Shown: positions 36,742-46,841 of the stretch, piece by piece
Numbering within the stretch: position 1 is the stretch's first letter
How the letters are laid out: the number at the start of each line of letters is the position of its first letter
IMG/VR virus record: IMGVR_UViG_3300021964_000077
Location: 1 to 57,237 of that record
Length of the DNA stretch: 57,237 bases
Direction: 5' to 3' (one strand)
Source of the DNA: a virus
Taxonomy: Duplodnaviria; Caudoviricetes
Made by a program: the position numbers and the translations under genes
Notes under the pieces: generated by a model
The model's database searches: none
Seen by the model: only the letters and a program-made list of their open reading frames with translations
What the model was told of the DNA's origin: nothing

Positions 36742-39120
36742 ATGGCTGACGGACAATTCGGAGATATTTCAGGAGATCAATTTAGAGAGATTCGAGATCA
36801 AGCATCTGAAGCGATTGCTAATATAAAAGCATACCGCCAGGAGCTTAATTCGTTTGGTGACGATGCTTTTAAAGGATTAGCCAGTACTCTACAAGATCAA
36901 GTTAATCTTGCAAAATCTTTATCGAGTATTAATAAAGATAATATTGCAGACGAAGTTAAGAAGAAGAGCTTTCAGGATAATCTTTCAAAAGCTAAAGCTA
37001 AAGAAGCAGATTTAGCAAAACAGATTGCCAAAGTAGACTCAGAGCGAAAACAACTATCTGGAGATATTGCAAAAAAAGTAGAAGAAGGGTACAGTCTTAA
37101 TAGTAAGGTAGTACGAAAACTCCGCGAACAGTTAAGGTCACGTCAATCCGAACAAGAAGTCTTACTATACACTAAAGAGACTACTGGTGATTTAGTTAAG
37201 AACGCTGAAGCATTAGCTAAAGCAGTCGCGGAAGCAGGATCCAAGACAAAGCTTTTTGATAATATGTTATCTGCCGTCCGAGAGTTACCGGTTCTCGGTA
37301 GGTTCTTAGAAGGACCTTTCAGGAAAGCCGCTGAAGCAGCAGGAGAAGCAGCTAAGGAAGGAAAGGGAAGGTTAAATACGTTCTTACAAGGTTCTTTAGG
37401 ATTAGCAAAAGGACTACTAGCACAGCTAGGACCAGCAGCAATCTTAGGAGCAATCTTAAAGGTAAGTGAACAAGCAGGAAACCTTAATAAGCAATTAGGG
37501 TTAGGGATGGAAGCTTCACGTAGAATGCGTGATAGGTTTGCCGAAGTAGGTCAAAATTCCGGATCTGCAAGATTTAACACAGAGAAACTTGTTAAAGCTA
37601 ATGTAGAATTAAATGCTCAATTAGGAACTAGCATCGAATTCAGCGGTCAAATGCTACAGGACTTTGTTCAGATGACAGAGTATATGGGCTTATCTGCTGG
37701 AGCAGCCGGTAAACTAGCCACATTAGGTAAGATTACCGGACAAGAATCTAGCGAATTCGCAGGAAATATTGCTGAATCTGTAGTATCGGCTAATAAAGCT
37801 AACGGAGTATTTATATCAACCAGTAAAGCTTTAGAAAAAGTAAAAGATCTATCAGGAACTACTCTCTTAAACTTAAGAAGAAACCCTGAAGCAATAGCTG
37901 AAGCTATCGTAGCTACTGAAAAACTAGGTATGAGCTTCCAGCAGTTAAGAAATACTGCTAATAGTTTATTGGATTTTGAATCATCTATATCTAATGAACT
38001 AGAAGCTGAGTTACTAACTGGTAGAGAGCTTAATCTAGAAAGAGCTAGAGCTGCAGCATTAAGAGGTAACGACTTAGAGTTAGCTAAAGAATTAGCCAAT
38101 CAGGTTGGAACATTAGCTGATTACGAAAGCATGAACGTTATTCAACGCGAATCCTTAGCAAAGGCATTCGGTATGAATTCCGACGCAATGGCTGATATGT
38201 TGATCAAACAAGAATTGATGAATAAGCTCGGAAAAGAAGCCAAAGACTTATCATCAGAACAAGCTAGAGAGATCAATCAGTTAGTCAAGGATAATCCTGG
38301 AATGACTCCTCAACAAGCTCTATTAGAGTTGCAGTCTCAAGAAACAGCTACTAAGAAATTCCAAGATGCCGTCGCAAAGCTTAAAAACGTTTTTACTGAT
38401 ATAGTATCTTTCTTAGAGCCTTACATTCAAAAATTCGGAAACTTTATAGAAACTATATCATCCTCGGGAATCGCTAAGACCTTAATGGGCGGCGGAATGA
38501 TGGTTGCAGCAGGTTTAGCTTTAAAAAACTTAGCTTTCCCTCGCGGTACTATGTTAAATCCCATGGTTACTCGTCCGGTAGGTGTTGGAAGCGCCGGCGG
38601 AGGAATGATGTCTACATTGCCCGGAGGTTCAAGATATGCTGCTGCAATGCGAGCTAATAGTATGGGAAGATTTGGTATGTCTAGAGCAATGGGTGCAGGA
38701 GCAGGATTAGGTTTTGGAATGGGCGGCGCACTCGTTCAAATGGGTGGAAACGCTCTAGCGAGTAAGTTCGAGGAATCAGGAAACATGGCAGCAGCACAAA
38801 CTACAGACATAGTATCGGGAGCTGGCCAAGGAGCACTATACGGTGCAGCTTTAGGATCTGTTGTACCTGTAATAGGAACGGCAGCAGGAGCAGTAATCGG
38901 AGGAGCAATTGGATTAATCTCCGGAGGAATTGAAGCTTCTAATAGAAGAGCAGAAGAGCAGGCTAAGAAAGACGAAGAGAACAAGAAGTTAGAAAAAAAC
39001 CACTACGCACAGATGGTAGATCAACTCAGAGTCATCGCTAAGAAAGAATCAGAGATTTATATGGATGGGAACAAAGTTGGTTTAGGTTTAGTACAAAGTA
39101 ACCCTCAATTAGGAGATTAA
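36742..39120 (+). CDS. Tape measure protein
   Basis: 792 aa, Ala/Leu-rich helical; LLDFESSISNELEAELLTGRELNLERAR; Gly-rich C-terminal segment; canonical position after tube and chaperones. Confidence 0.8.
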   Translation: MADGQFGDISGDQFREIRDQASEAIANIKAYRQELNSFGDDAFKGLASTLQDQVNLAKSLSSINKDNIADEVKKKSFQDNLSKAKAKEADLAKQIAKVDSERKQLSGDIAKKVEEGYSLNSKVVRKLREQLRSRQSEQEVLLYTKETTGDLVKNAEALAKAVAEAGSKTKLFDNMLSAVRELPVLGRFLEGPFRKAAEAAGEAAKEGKGRLNTFLQGSLGLAKGLLAQLGPAAILGAILKVSEQAGNLNKQLGLGMEASRRMRDRFAEVGQNSGSARFNTEKLVKANVELNAQLGTSIEFSGQMLQDFVQMTEYMGLSAGAAGKLATLGKITGQESSEFAGNIAESVVSANKANGVFISTSKALEKVKDLSGTTLLNLRRNPEAIAEAIVATEKLGMSFQQLRNTANSLLDFESSISNELEAELLTGRELNLERARAAALRGNDLELAKELANQVGTLADYESMNVIQRESLAKAFGMNSDAMADMLIKQELMNKLGKEAKDLSSEQAREINQLVKDNPGMTPQQALLELQSQETATKKFQDAVAKLKNVFTDIVSFLEPYIQKFGNFIETISSSGIAKTLMGGGMMVAAGLALKNLAFPRGTMLNPMVTRPVGVGSAGGGMMSTLPGGSRYAAAMRANSMGRFGMSRAMGAGAGLGFGMGGALVQMGGNALASKFEESGNMAAAQTTDIVSGAGQGALYGAALGSVVPVIGTAAGAVIGGAIGLISGGIEASNRRAEEQAKKDEENKKLEKNHYAQMVDQLRVIAKKESEIYMDGNKVGLGLVQSNPQLGD

Positions 39121-39122
39121 TT

Positions 39123-40373
39123 ATGCCGTTAATAGATTTAAAGACAAATTTAAAATCGCTTAAATTTACAGGAGCGGCACCTTATGTAACTAAAGACATA
39201 AACAATCCTCCAGTATACGGAGCTTTAAGTAATGAAATTAGCTCTCGTGTTGATGATGTATCTAGGCTAGTTAAACTTTTAGCAGATACTCCTGGCGTTA
39301 AATTCATATCTCATCAAGCATTGCTCCAAGCTAGCGACCCTGCGAATGCTTCTGATAAGCGGACAGTAATAGGTCGAGCTATAGATGTAGCAGGAAACGT
39401 ATTAAAAAATACAGCTAGAACAGTAGGTACAGCATTAGCACAAGCAGGTGTAAATGGAACCGGCACACACTTTATACAACCCTCACCAGAGTACTACTAC
39501 ACAGCAGGTTCCGCCGCACAAATAGCCTCAGTAAATTCAGAAGTTACACAGACAGCTGAATCGCCATTACTATTAAAAAACAAAGTAAGTAGGTATAATC
39601 TAAACGGCGATAAACCTAGTGAAGTATACAACGATAAAATATGGACTTCTGCATCCCTTGCAGCATACAACGATGGATCAGTTATTATACCCACTGGTAA
39701 GAAAGGTACTAAATCTTTAGAAAGTAAATACGGATTTGCACAAGTCTCAGGATCTGATAGTGTAGGATTGACTGACATATACAGCTCTGGAAGCTCTGAA
39801 GAAATAAGTAATCTTAAGAAGGACCTGGTGCCGATTATATTCGGTAAATACCCAGACTTAGAATATAAACTCTTTAGAGGATTTATCGGAAGTATTACAG
39901 ATAACTTTCAAGCAAATTGGAATTCTCAGAAGTACGTCGGTAGAATGGAAAACTTTTTCATATACACAGGCTTTAATAGGACAATAAGCTTTAACCTAAC
40001 TATACCTATTTTCTCAGAAGAAGAACAACCAATCGTATATAATAAAGTTAATGCGCTTGTTTCACATACAGCTCCTGAATACAAAAACGGAACAGGAATA
40101 CCTTCAGGAATCATAACTCATTTAAGAATAGGAGATTACTTAGACACTCCAGGAGTACTTAATAGCGTAGGTATTACTGTAGATAATAATATACCTTGGA
40201 GCGCAGGACCAGGAACATCACCTATGTTGCTCCCTCAGGTACTTCAAGTAGCTGTACAATTTACCCCAATTCACACAGAAACTCCGCAATACCATAACTC
40301 AGCTTTATCGTCAACTGAGCAACAACTTCCATATATCGGTAATACTCAAAAAGTAAAATCTAATAAATTATGA
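39123..40373 (+). CDS. Baseplate/tube-initiator protein (gp48/gp54-like C-terminal domain)
   Basis: FRGFIGSITDNF..WNS.KYVGR.E.F.IYTGFNRTISF...LRIGD...PW. Confidence 0.6.
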   Translation: MPLIDLKTNLKSLKFTGAAPYVTKDINNPPVYGALSNEISSRVDDVSRLVKLLADTPGVKFISHQALLQASDPANASDKRTVIGRAIDVAGNVLKNTARTVGTALAQAGVNGTGTHFIQPSPEYYYTAGSAAQIASVNSEVTQTAESPLLLKNKVSRYNLNGDKPSEVYNDKIWTSASLAAYNDGSVIIPTGKKGTKSLESKYGFAQVSGSDSVGLTDIYSSGSSEEISNLKKDLVPIIFGKYPDLEYKLFRGFIGSITDNFQANWNSQKYVGRMENFFIYTGFNRTISFNLTIPIFSEEEQPIVYNKVNALVSHTAPEYKNGTGIPSGIITHLRIGDYLDTPGVLNSVGITVDNNIPWSAGPGTSPMLLPQVLQVAVQFTPIHTETPQYHNSALSSTEQQLPYIGNTQKVKSNKL

Positions 40374-40669
40374 GCAGGTACGGGTCAATAGAACGTAGAG
40401 TAGTTGAAGGTAAAATTGTAAAAGAGACCTCAATCTATCCAGAAGTTGCCACTTCGGAAGAAGATTACTATATTATAACTTCTATGGGGGACAGGTATGA
40501 TATATTGTCAAAGCAGTTTTACGGAACTTCAGACTACTGGTGGGTTATTGCATCTAGTAATCCTCATGCTAAAAGGGATACTCTTTTTTTAGAACCAGGT
40601 ATACAGTTAAGGATTCCACCTTACAGACAAGTCACTAAGCAATATGAAGATTTAAATGAATCTCGATGA
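40370..40669 (+). CDS. LysM/gp53-like baseplate protein
   Basis: GDRYDILSKQFYGTSDYWWVIASSN...PGIQLRIP. Confidence 0.8.
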   Translation: MSRYGSIERRVVEGKIVKETSIYPEVATSEEDYYIITSMGDRYDILSKQFYGTSDYWWVIASSNPHAKRDTLFLEPGIQLRIPPYRQVTKQYEDLNESR

Positions 40670-43600
40670 GCAGTTATCAAGCAAAAGATTTTAAAGTAGG
40701 AGAACCTATAGACGGTAACGTAGCTAGTCATATTAAACAGCTACAGAAAGTTTTCGGCGAACAATCTTCTCGTTCAGAGTACATAGAACTACAATCTTCC
40801 ATACCATGGATCAAGATGCAGTCCGGTGTAATCTTGGATGCAAAAGCAGCTGTTGAGTATGGAACTACCTCTGGGAATCAGTTAGCTAAAGATAATATTT
40901 TATTTGGGCTTAACAGTAGGGCAGTTATTACTGATGAAAACGGTAATAAGGATATTACATATAGCCCTAATACCGGAGGGCTACCCGGATATCAAAAGAC
41001 TAGCGCCCTGGGTTACAGACCAAAACCAGGTATTACAAGCCTGGGAATTAGATCTCACAACAGATTCGGATCTCTAAGAACTGCTACAATAAGCTTTCAG
41101 TGCTGGTCAAAAGAGCAGATGGATACTATCGAAGTACTTTACATGCGACCTGGAATGACTGTACTACTGGAATGGGGACACAGTAAAGTATTAAAATCTT
41201 CAGACAAGGTAGAACCATCAGACTACGGTATAGATTACTTTACAGCAAGTGATAAGATGTCTAAGGTCATTTCAAAAATAGATAGTAAAAGAAAAACATC
41301 TAATTATAGCTATGACGGTATTGTTGGTATAATTAAAAACTTCTCTTGGAAATTCAGACCAGATGGAGGGTACGACTGTCAAGTAAGTTTAGTTACTGCT
41401 GGAGATCTTATAGAATCCTATAAAGCGAGTTTTTACGTAGAGCAGAGCGTACTAACACAGGAGTACCAAAGCCAGGTGAGTAGTTATCAACAAAACCAAG
41501 CATCTGGAAGTGCCGCCACAATTACATTCCCTTACACTGCAATCGACTATGATATAACAAGTGGTTCTGCTGCTCTAAACGGTATCCCGAATTTAGCAGA
41601 CACTTATACTCAATTTTGTGGTTCTGTAGAATCTACACTAAGTGATCTTGGAGGGTTATTTGGCGAGTACATCAACGCACGCGCTCAAGGAACCGCTCAA
41701 GAAGACCCATTTATTGCCGCAGGCTTTGATACATCCACAAACTCTATCGAGGTACTTACCAACCGCGTGCAGGATTTGATAAAGTCTTTAAAAGTTGTAA
41801 AAGGAGGAGACGTAATTGGAACAATTCAGCGGTACTATTCTCTCGGTAGAGTACGTCAATTTGGAGAAGAAGAAAAACTTAATCTCACGGTAGATACTGC
41901 GTGGTCGAATGGGATCGTTAACTTTAATGTACGTGAGAACGACCTAACCGCAGGCACTTATGAAGCAGGCTTTATTAGCTTACTGCCGATGCAGAATCCG
42001 TATCCAACTACACCTGAATTTGTAAAAGGAATACAGGATTACCAGACAAACAAAAGTAGAGACGCTGTAGAATGTATTGACGCCTTCTTTAATCTAATTT
42101 GCAAAACACCAGTAACCTCAGGTAATACAACTACGCAATTGTTTGAAAACCCAGTGTCCGTATTGAACATTCCTTTTACCGGCGGAACACGTGTTTTAAC
42201 TGAAGCAGAATATAAAAAAGCACATCAAGGTAGATTCTACGACCCAGGCCGAAATTCCGTAATAAGTAATTATTATGAATTGGAAGAGAAATCACCCGGA
42301 AAAATAATCGACCAAAACCTCAACGAGGTCCCTGAACTATGGAAGTATGATTTTGAAAGTCCATCTAATTCAAATACAAGGGAGCGCTTGAATCCGTATT
42401 TTGTAGGACCTGCTTTTTTCTTCAGTGTAAAATATGTAGGCTTTCAAACAATGTTAGCACAGCAAGGATCTAACGCACAAGTAGTAAATGCAGGAGCTGA
42501 TGATTCATATATAGATCCAAATGATGACAACTTATCAAAGTTACATTATCACCTACGATCAAAATTTGACAATCCATATGTTGCTGCGTATTTAAAAGAC
42601 TCTTTTATAGGTCAGCAATTCACCGATGTATTTAAGTACAGGTACCTATGGGATCTGGTGGATGGATCTACCGGGACTTTTAAACCTTCTGATAGAGTTA
42701 AAGAACTTTTTGGCTCTGATGAAACATCAGAACGTGTTGCAAACTTAATGATGTACGATAGTGATCCGTATTTTAATACATACGAAAAACAGTTGCTATC
42801 TTGGAGCTACCTTTTAGGAGGTAGGTTTGTTTCGACGAACAACGAACCTGTACGTAACACGGTATACATTAAGTTAGGAGCATTATTAGAGTTACTAAAC
42901 AGACACGTACTGCAGAGCGACTCAGGGTATTTCTTTCTCTTCAAATCAATGTACAAAAATGAATTAAGTACTCCTTTATACAGAACTCAAGATGATCATT
43001 TATCTGTAAATCCTGAAATATGTATACTACCAAACAGCTTATCCAAACTTAATATTAGTAGATCTGCAACCTTTGTTGTAGATTATCAAGCACCTATAAT
43101 TCTTAATATAGAGTTAGGTATTAACTTTATATTAGATACCCTAAATAAGTATATTGATGATCAAGGACAGGTAACAATTCTTACTTTTGTACAAGAAGTT
43201 TTAGATGAAATCTCTAGAGTATGTGGCGGAATTAATAACCTACAGTTACAATACCGCGAAGATTCTTCATTATTCCATGTAGTGGATAGAAATGCAGTAA
43301 CACCGATCGCTGAAGCTGAATATCCAGAACTTGAAGTGTTCGGATTAAGTAGTATTATCAAAGACATAAACATGGTTAGTAAGATTACTCCTAAGATGTC
43401 TTCCATGATCGCTATTTCTGCACAAGATACTGCTTTCACTTCCACTCAAGACGCTACAGGCTTTGGAGCACTTAATAGGGGTATCACAGATAGAATTTTT
43501 ACTGATCGATACGACGAAGATCGTAAAGAAAGAGAAGATCTTACAGACTATGATTCAATTCGAGACCGGTTAATAGAGGATATTGTTGATCTCCGTACAC

Positions 43601-44508
43601 ATATACTCTTATATTACCGAGCTAGAACAATTCCAAGAATTGGGAAAGATACTCAAGTAGGAGTATACCAGAACTACTGTAACTACCTAGCCGGCGCAGA
43701 TAGTGTTTACAATCACAACAAGGTACCTACATACAACTTTATAATACCTTTCCAGGTTGGATTAAGTTTATATGGAATATCAGGATTACAAGTAATGGAT
43801 GCTTTTAGATTGAGTAAAGATGTACTACCGAAGACATACGGAGGACGTTCTGATTCAAACATTGCTTTTTTAATAACCGGAATTGAACATACAATAAACA
43901 ATGGAGACTGGGTCACTCAACTGAACACTCAAATATTCAATGTTGATAAAAAAATAAGCGGGTTATACCCGAGTATTAGTTTTGATATAGATAGAATGCC
44001 GCCAGGCTTTGACGATCTACTAAACGGCGAACCGAAATTAGATATTTCAACTGTGAACTGGACAGGAAGTTATCCGTTAACAACGTTAACTAGACATCCT
44101 AGTACACCTAACGCAGATAATAGACCTACTCAAAGTATATTAGACGCACTCCTATTACTAGATAAGAATATTCTAATCCCGATTACTACTCTGTTCGGTA
44201 CAATAGGGATAACCAGTGCATACAGAAGCCCGTCAGTCAACTCAGCTATAGGCGGCAGCACCACTTCACAGCATTTAAGAGGTGAAGCTGTAGATTTTAC
44301 TAGTGTCGGTAACGGATCTAGCTTAGCTACAGTATTCAAGTGGATTGCAGAAAACTTAGCTTTCGGTCAGTTAATCTGGGAAAAAGGTAACGACACAAAT
44401 CCGCATTGGATTCATGTAAGCTTCTCATCTAATAGAAACGCTCAGGAATTATTACGCTACGACGGATCCTCTTACAAAGACTGTGATAAATTTGGAAAGT
44501 ATGTATAA
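40666..44508 (+). CDS. Baseplate hub protein with a C-terminal peptidase M15 (Zn, peptidoglycan-cleaving) domain
   Basis: Hub motifs RPKPGITS, LYMRPGMTVLLEWGHS, NFSWKFRPDGGYDC; C-terminal SAYRSPSVNSAIGGSTTSQHLRGEAVDF...WIHVS. Confidence 0.75.
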   Translation: MSSYQAKDFKVGEPIDGNVASHIKQLQKVFGEQSSRSEYIELQSSIPWIKMQSGVILDAKAAVEYGTTSGNQLAKDNILFGLNSRAVITDENGNKDITYSPNTGGLPGYQKTSALGYRPKPGITSLGIRSHNRFGSLRTATISFQCWSKEQMDTIEVLYMRPGMTVLLEWGHSKVLKSSDKVEPSDYGIDYFTASDKMSKVISKIDSKRKTSNYSYDGIVGIIKNFSWKFRPDGGYDCQVSLVTAGDLIESYKASFYVEQSVLTQEYQSQVSSYQQNQASGSAATITFPYTAIDYDITSGSAALNGIPNLADTYTQFCGSVESTLSDLGGLFGEYINARAQGTAQEDPFIAAGFDTSTNSIEVLTNRVQDLIKSLKVVKGGDVIGTIQRYYSLGRVRQFGEEEKLNLTVDTAWSNGIVNFNVRENDLTAGTYEAGFISLLPMQNPYPTTPEFVKGIQDYQTNKSRDAVECIDAFFNLICKTPVTSGNTTTQLFENPVSVLNIPFTGGTRVLTEAEYKKAHQGRFYDPGRNSVISNYYELEEKSPGKIIDQNLNEVPELWKYDFESPSNSNTRERLNPYFVGPAFFFSVKYVGFQTMLAQQGSNAQVVNAGADDSYIDPNDDNLSKLHYHLRSKFDNPYVAAYLKDSFIGQQFTDVFKYRYLWDLVDGSTGTFKPSDRVKELFGSDETSERVANLMMYDSDPYFNTYEKQLLSWSYLLGGRFVSTNNEPVRNTVYIKLGALLELLNRHVLQSDSGYFFLFKSMYKNELSTPLYRTQDDHLSVNPEICILPNSLSKLNISRSATFVVDYQAPIILNIELGINFILDTLNKYIDDQGQVTILTFVQEVLDEISRVCGGINNLQLQYREDSSLFHVVDRNAVTPIAEAEYPELEVFGLSSIIKDINMVSKITPKMSSMIAISAQDTAFTSTQDATGFGALNRGITDRIFTDRYDEDRKEREDLTDYDSIRDRLIEDIVDLRTHILLYYRARTIPRIGKDTQVGVYQNYCNYLAGADSVYNHNKVPTYNFIIPFQVGLSLYGISGLQVMDAFRLSKDVLPKTYGGRSDSNIAFLITGIEHTINNGDWVTQLNTQIFNVDKKISGLYPSISFDIDRMPPGFDDLLNGEPKLDISTVNWTGSYPLTTLTRHPSTPNADNRPTQSILDALLLLDKNILIPITTLFGTIGITSAYRSPSVNSAIGGSTTSQHLRGEAVDFTSVGNGSSLATVFKWIAENLAFGQLIWEKGNDTNPHWIHVSFSSNRNAQELLRYDGSSYKDCDKFGKYV

Positions 44509-44911
44509 GCCATCATTTAAAGGTACCATAGAACCTACAGTACAAAATCAAACTCCATCAAGTGGAGAACCTGATTTCTCTCCAAAAGCACCTCCGGAAA
44601 TTAAGCTTAGCGAAAAAAGACAATCAGGAAGATTCTCTAGATACTTTATACAACATAAGTCTGATAGGATTATTTACGAAGTCTCATTAAAGACTTATGA
44701 AGAATTACTTAAGCAATCAGAGAGATATGACTTTAGGTTGTATAATCTCGCAAAATTAGAATGGGACGCTACATTACCCGGAGAAGATACATACTACGGG
44801 AAGTATAAAAGGGAAGGGTCTAATACTAGAAATATGAGAGAGGTGAATTTAGCAGAAGAGAAAATGTCTGGTTTACGAGACTATTTAAAACCTGTAGAAA
44901 GGTTGTTTTAG
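44501..44911 (+). CDS. Hypothetical protein of the baseplate cluster
   Basis: ATG at 44501 overlapping the hub gene end; G.F.RYF...IYEVS motif. Confidence 0.6.
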   Translation: MYKPSFKGTIEPTVQNQTPSSGEPDFSPKAPPEIKLSEKRQSGRFSRYFIQHKSDRIIYEVSLKTYEELLKQSERYDFRLYNLAKLEWDATLPGEDTYYGKYKREGSNTRNMREVNLAEEKMSGLRDYLKPVERLF

Positions 44912-44931
44912 AATAAAATCTTTCGTATATT
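44901..44931 (+). promoter_or_regulatory. RGTTG-N16-TTCGTATATT promoter for the polymerase
   Basis: GGTTG-N16-TTCGTATATT at the boundary between structural and replication modules. Confidence 0.75.
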
Positions 44932-44955
44932 AATAGAGGTTATGAATAATAAGTT

Positions 44956-46296
44956 ATGTTTTACATCGTTGAAAGCGATAGTCAATTAAAATACCTTTGT
45001 AATTTAGGACGAAATGGAGGTTATGTTGAGGTAGTTAGATCTAACGACCGCTATCATCCTATGCTTTCTTCTGCAGTCGCACTATATATTAGACCTTTAG
45101 ATCATAAGGAAGGTTATATTATTCCTATTGATCATGAGGAAGGACTAAATCTCTCAAAGAAAGAGGTACAAGAGGTATTAAAATGCTTCGAAACACTATA
45201 TACATATAATAAGAAGACCTTCTTATACTATTTCTCTCACGGTAACATCAACGATATCAACCTAATGTACTCAATGATCGAGTACGATACCCTAAAACTT
45301 CCCGATCCTCCCCAGACCATACAGTGGTATTATAACAGGATGTCCGAGAAAGAGGATCTAAACCGTATCATTCCTTTATCTAAACTGCACGAAGCTTGCG
45401 AAAGGAATTATAACAGTCTTGTAGAGATCATACAAGATTACATAAACACCACAAAAGACCCTAGCTGGCCATTTTACAATAACTTAGCTACCGGAGTATT
45501 CTATTTATCAGAACATAACGGAGTAAGAATTACTTATGAAGAATTTATTGACAAGTTTAAACCGAATAACCCTAGCTTCAGTATTGCAGATAATATTTGT
45601 TATACAAGCTATAATCTTTATAATCCCACTAGTCGTCCTACTAGTGCCTTTAATAGCGTTAATTTCGCCGCCATCCCAAAGAAAGAGGAATTCAGAAGAG
45701 CCATCATTCCAAGGAACGATCGATTTATAGAATTCGATTTCGACGGATATCACATCAGGCTGATCGCTGAAGTAGTGGGTTACGAGTTTACTTCTGAGAG
45801 TGTACATACTCAGTTAGGTAGAATGTACTTCAATAAAGAAGAGCTAACCGAAGAGGAATACAAGCAATCTAAACAGAACACCTTTCAGATCATGTACGGT
45901 GGTGTTCCGGACAAATACAGACACATAGAGTTTTTTGATAAAGTAGCCTCCTACATAAATGAGATGTGGACTAGGTTTACTGTTGACGGAGTCGTTAGAG
46001 CTCCTATATCAAACAAGCCGTTCTACTCTAACCTCAAGGATATGAATCCTCAAAAACTTTTTAATTATGTTATACAAAGTTTGGAGACCTCAAGAAATAT
46101 TCTTATCTTAAAAGAAGTATTAGGTTATTTAAGAAATAAGAAATCTGGAGTAGCATTGTACACATATGATGCAATATTATTTGATTTTGATTTAACTGAC
46201 GGTAAAGAGACGTTAGAAGAGCTTAAACGGTTATTAGAAACATCTGGGAAATACCCAGTGAAATTTAAAAGCAATACAAATTTAGTTTTGGATTAA
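44956..46296 (+). CDS. Compact family-A DNA polymerase
   Basis: TSRPTS..NSVNFAAIPK; motif A EFDFDGYHIRL; motif B SKQNTFQIMYG; NYVIQS; motif C YTYDAILFD. Confidence 0.85.
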   Translation: MFYIVESDSQLKYLCNLGRNGGYVEVVRSNDRYHPMLSSAVALYIRPLDHKEGYIIPIDHEEGLNLSKKEVQEVLKCFETLYTYNKKTFLYYFSHGNINDINLMYSMIEYDTLKLPDPPQTIQWYYNRMSEKEDLNRIIPLSKLHEACERNYNSLVEIIQDYINTTKDPSWPFYNNLATGVFYLSEHNGVRITYEEFIDKFKPNNPSFSIADNICYTSYNLYNPTSRPTSAFNSVNFAAIPKKEEFRRAIIPRNDRFIEFDFDGYHIRLIAEVVGYEFTSESVHTQLGRMYFNKEELTEEEYKQSKQNTFQIMYGGVPDKYRHIEFFDKVASYINEMWTRFTVDGVVRAPISNKPFYSNLKDMNPQKLFNYVIQSLETSRNILILKEVLGYLRNKKSGVALYTYDAILFDFDLTDGKETLEELKRLLETSGKYPVKFKSNTNLVLD

Positions 46297-46311
46297 TAAA
46301 ATCTATTTATA

Positions 46312-46764
46312 ATGGAAGTTACGACACAAGAATTCGGTTACGATTTTATCACCGACAACAGCATTTGGAACGACGATATGAGCAATAAATTATTCTGTAC
46401 ATTTACTACGGAAGAGAATCTTGATACTCTAATTGAAGAGATTAAAGGCAAGTACGATATTATGTACAACAAGATCTTCGTACTATACTCTAAGAGCAAT
46501 CAAGAGTACATCTGTACATATAATGTTGATTTCGGCAATGTTGCTAACTTCCTAGACAATACTATCTTAGTACATAGAAAGAAAGAATCCAACACTTTAT
46601 ATACTATCAACGCACTAAACACTCTAATTAAGGAACTCAACGGAGGAATACCGGATCCTAGGTATAGAGTTAACTGGAGCGATTTTCGCAACTGTATCCT
46701 ACTCACTAGAGGCCCAGAGTTAAAGCGTATCAATACTCGATTACATCAAATAATCGAACTTTAA
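46312..46764 (+). CDS. Hypothetical protein (start may be the ATG at 46378)
   Basis: NKLFCTF, CTYNV, ILVHRKKESNTLYTINALN; between the polymerase and SSB. Confidence 0.7.
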   Translation: MEVTTQEFGYDFITDNSIWNDDMSNKLFCTFTTEENLDTLIEEIKGKYDIMYNKIFVLYSKSNQEYICTYNVDFGNVANFLDNTILVHRKKESNTLYTINALNTLIKELNGGIPDPRYRVNWSDFRNCILLTRGPELKRINTRLHQIIEL

Positions 46765-46794
46765 GTTGTCTCTTAAAGATACATTTCGTATCTT
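46764..46794 (+). promoter_or_regulatory. RGTTG-N16-TTCGTATCTT promoter for SSB/recombination genes
   Basis: AGTTG-N16-TTCGTATCTT. Confidence 0.7.
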
Positions 46795-46841
46795 TATATT
46801 CGAAAGATAATACAAACAGTTATAATTAAATTAGTTTTTCT

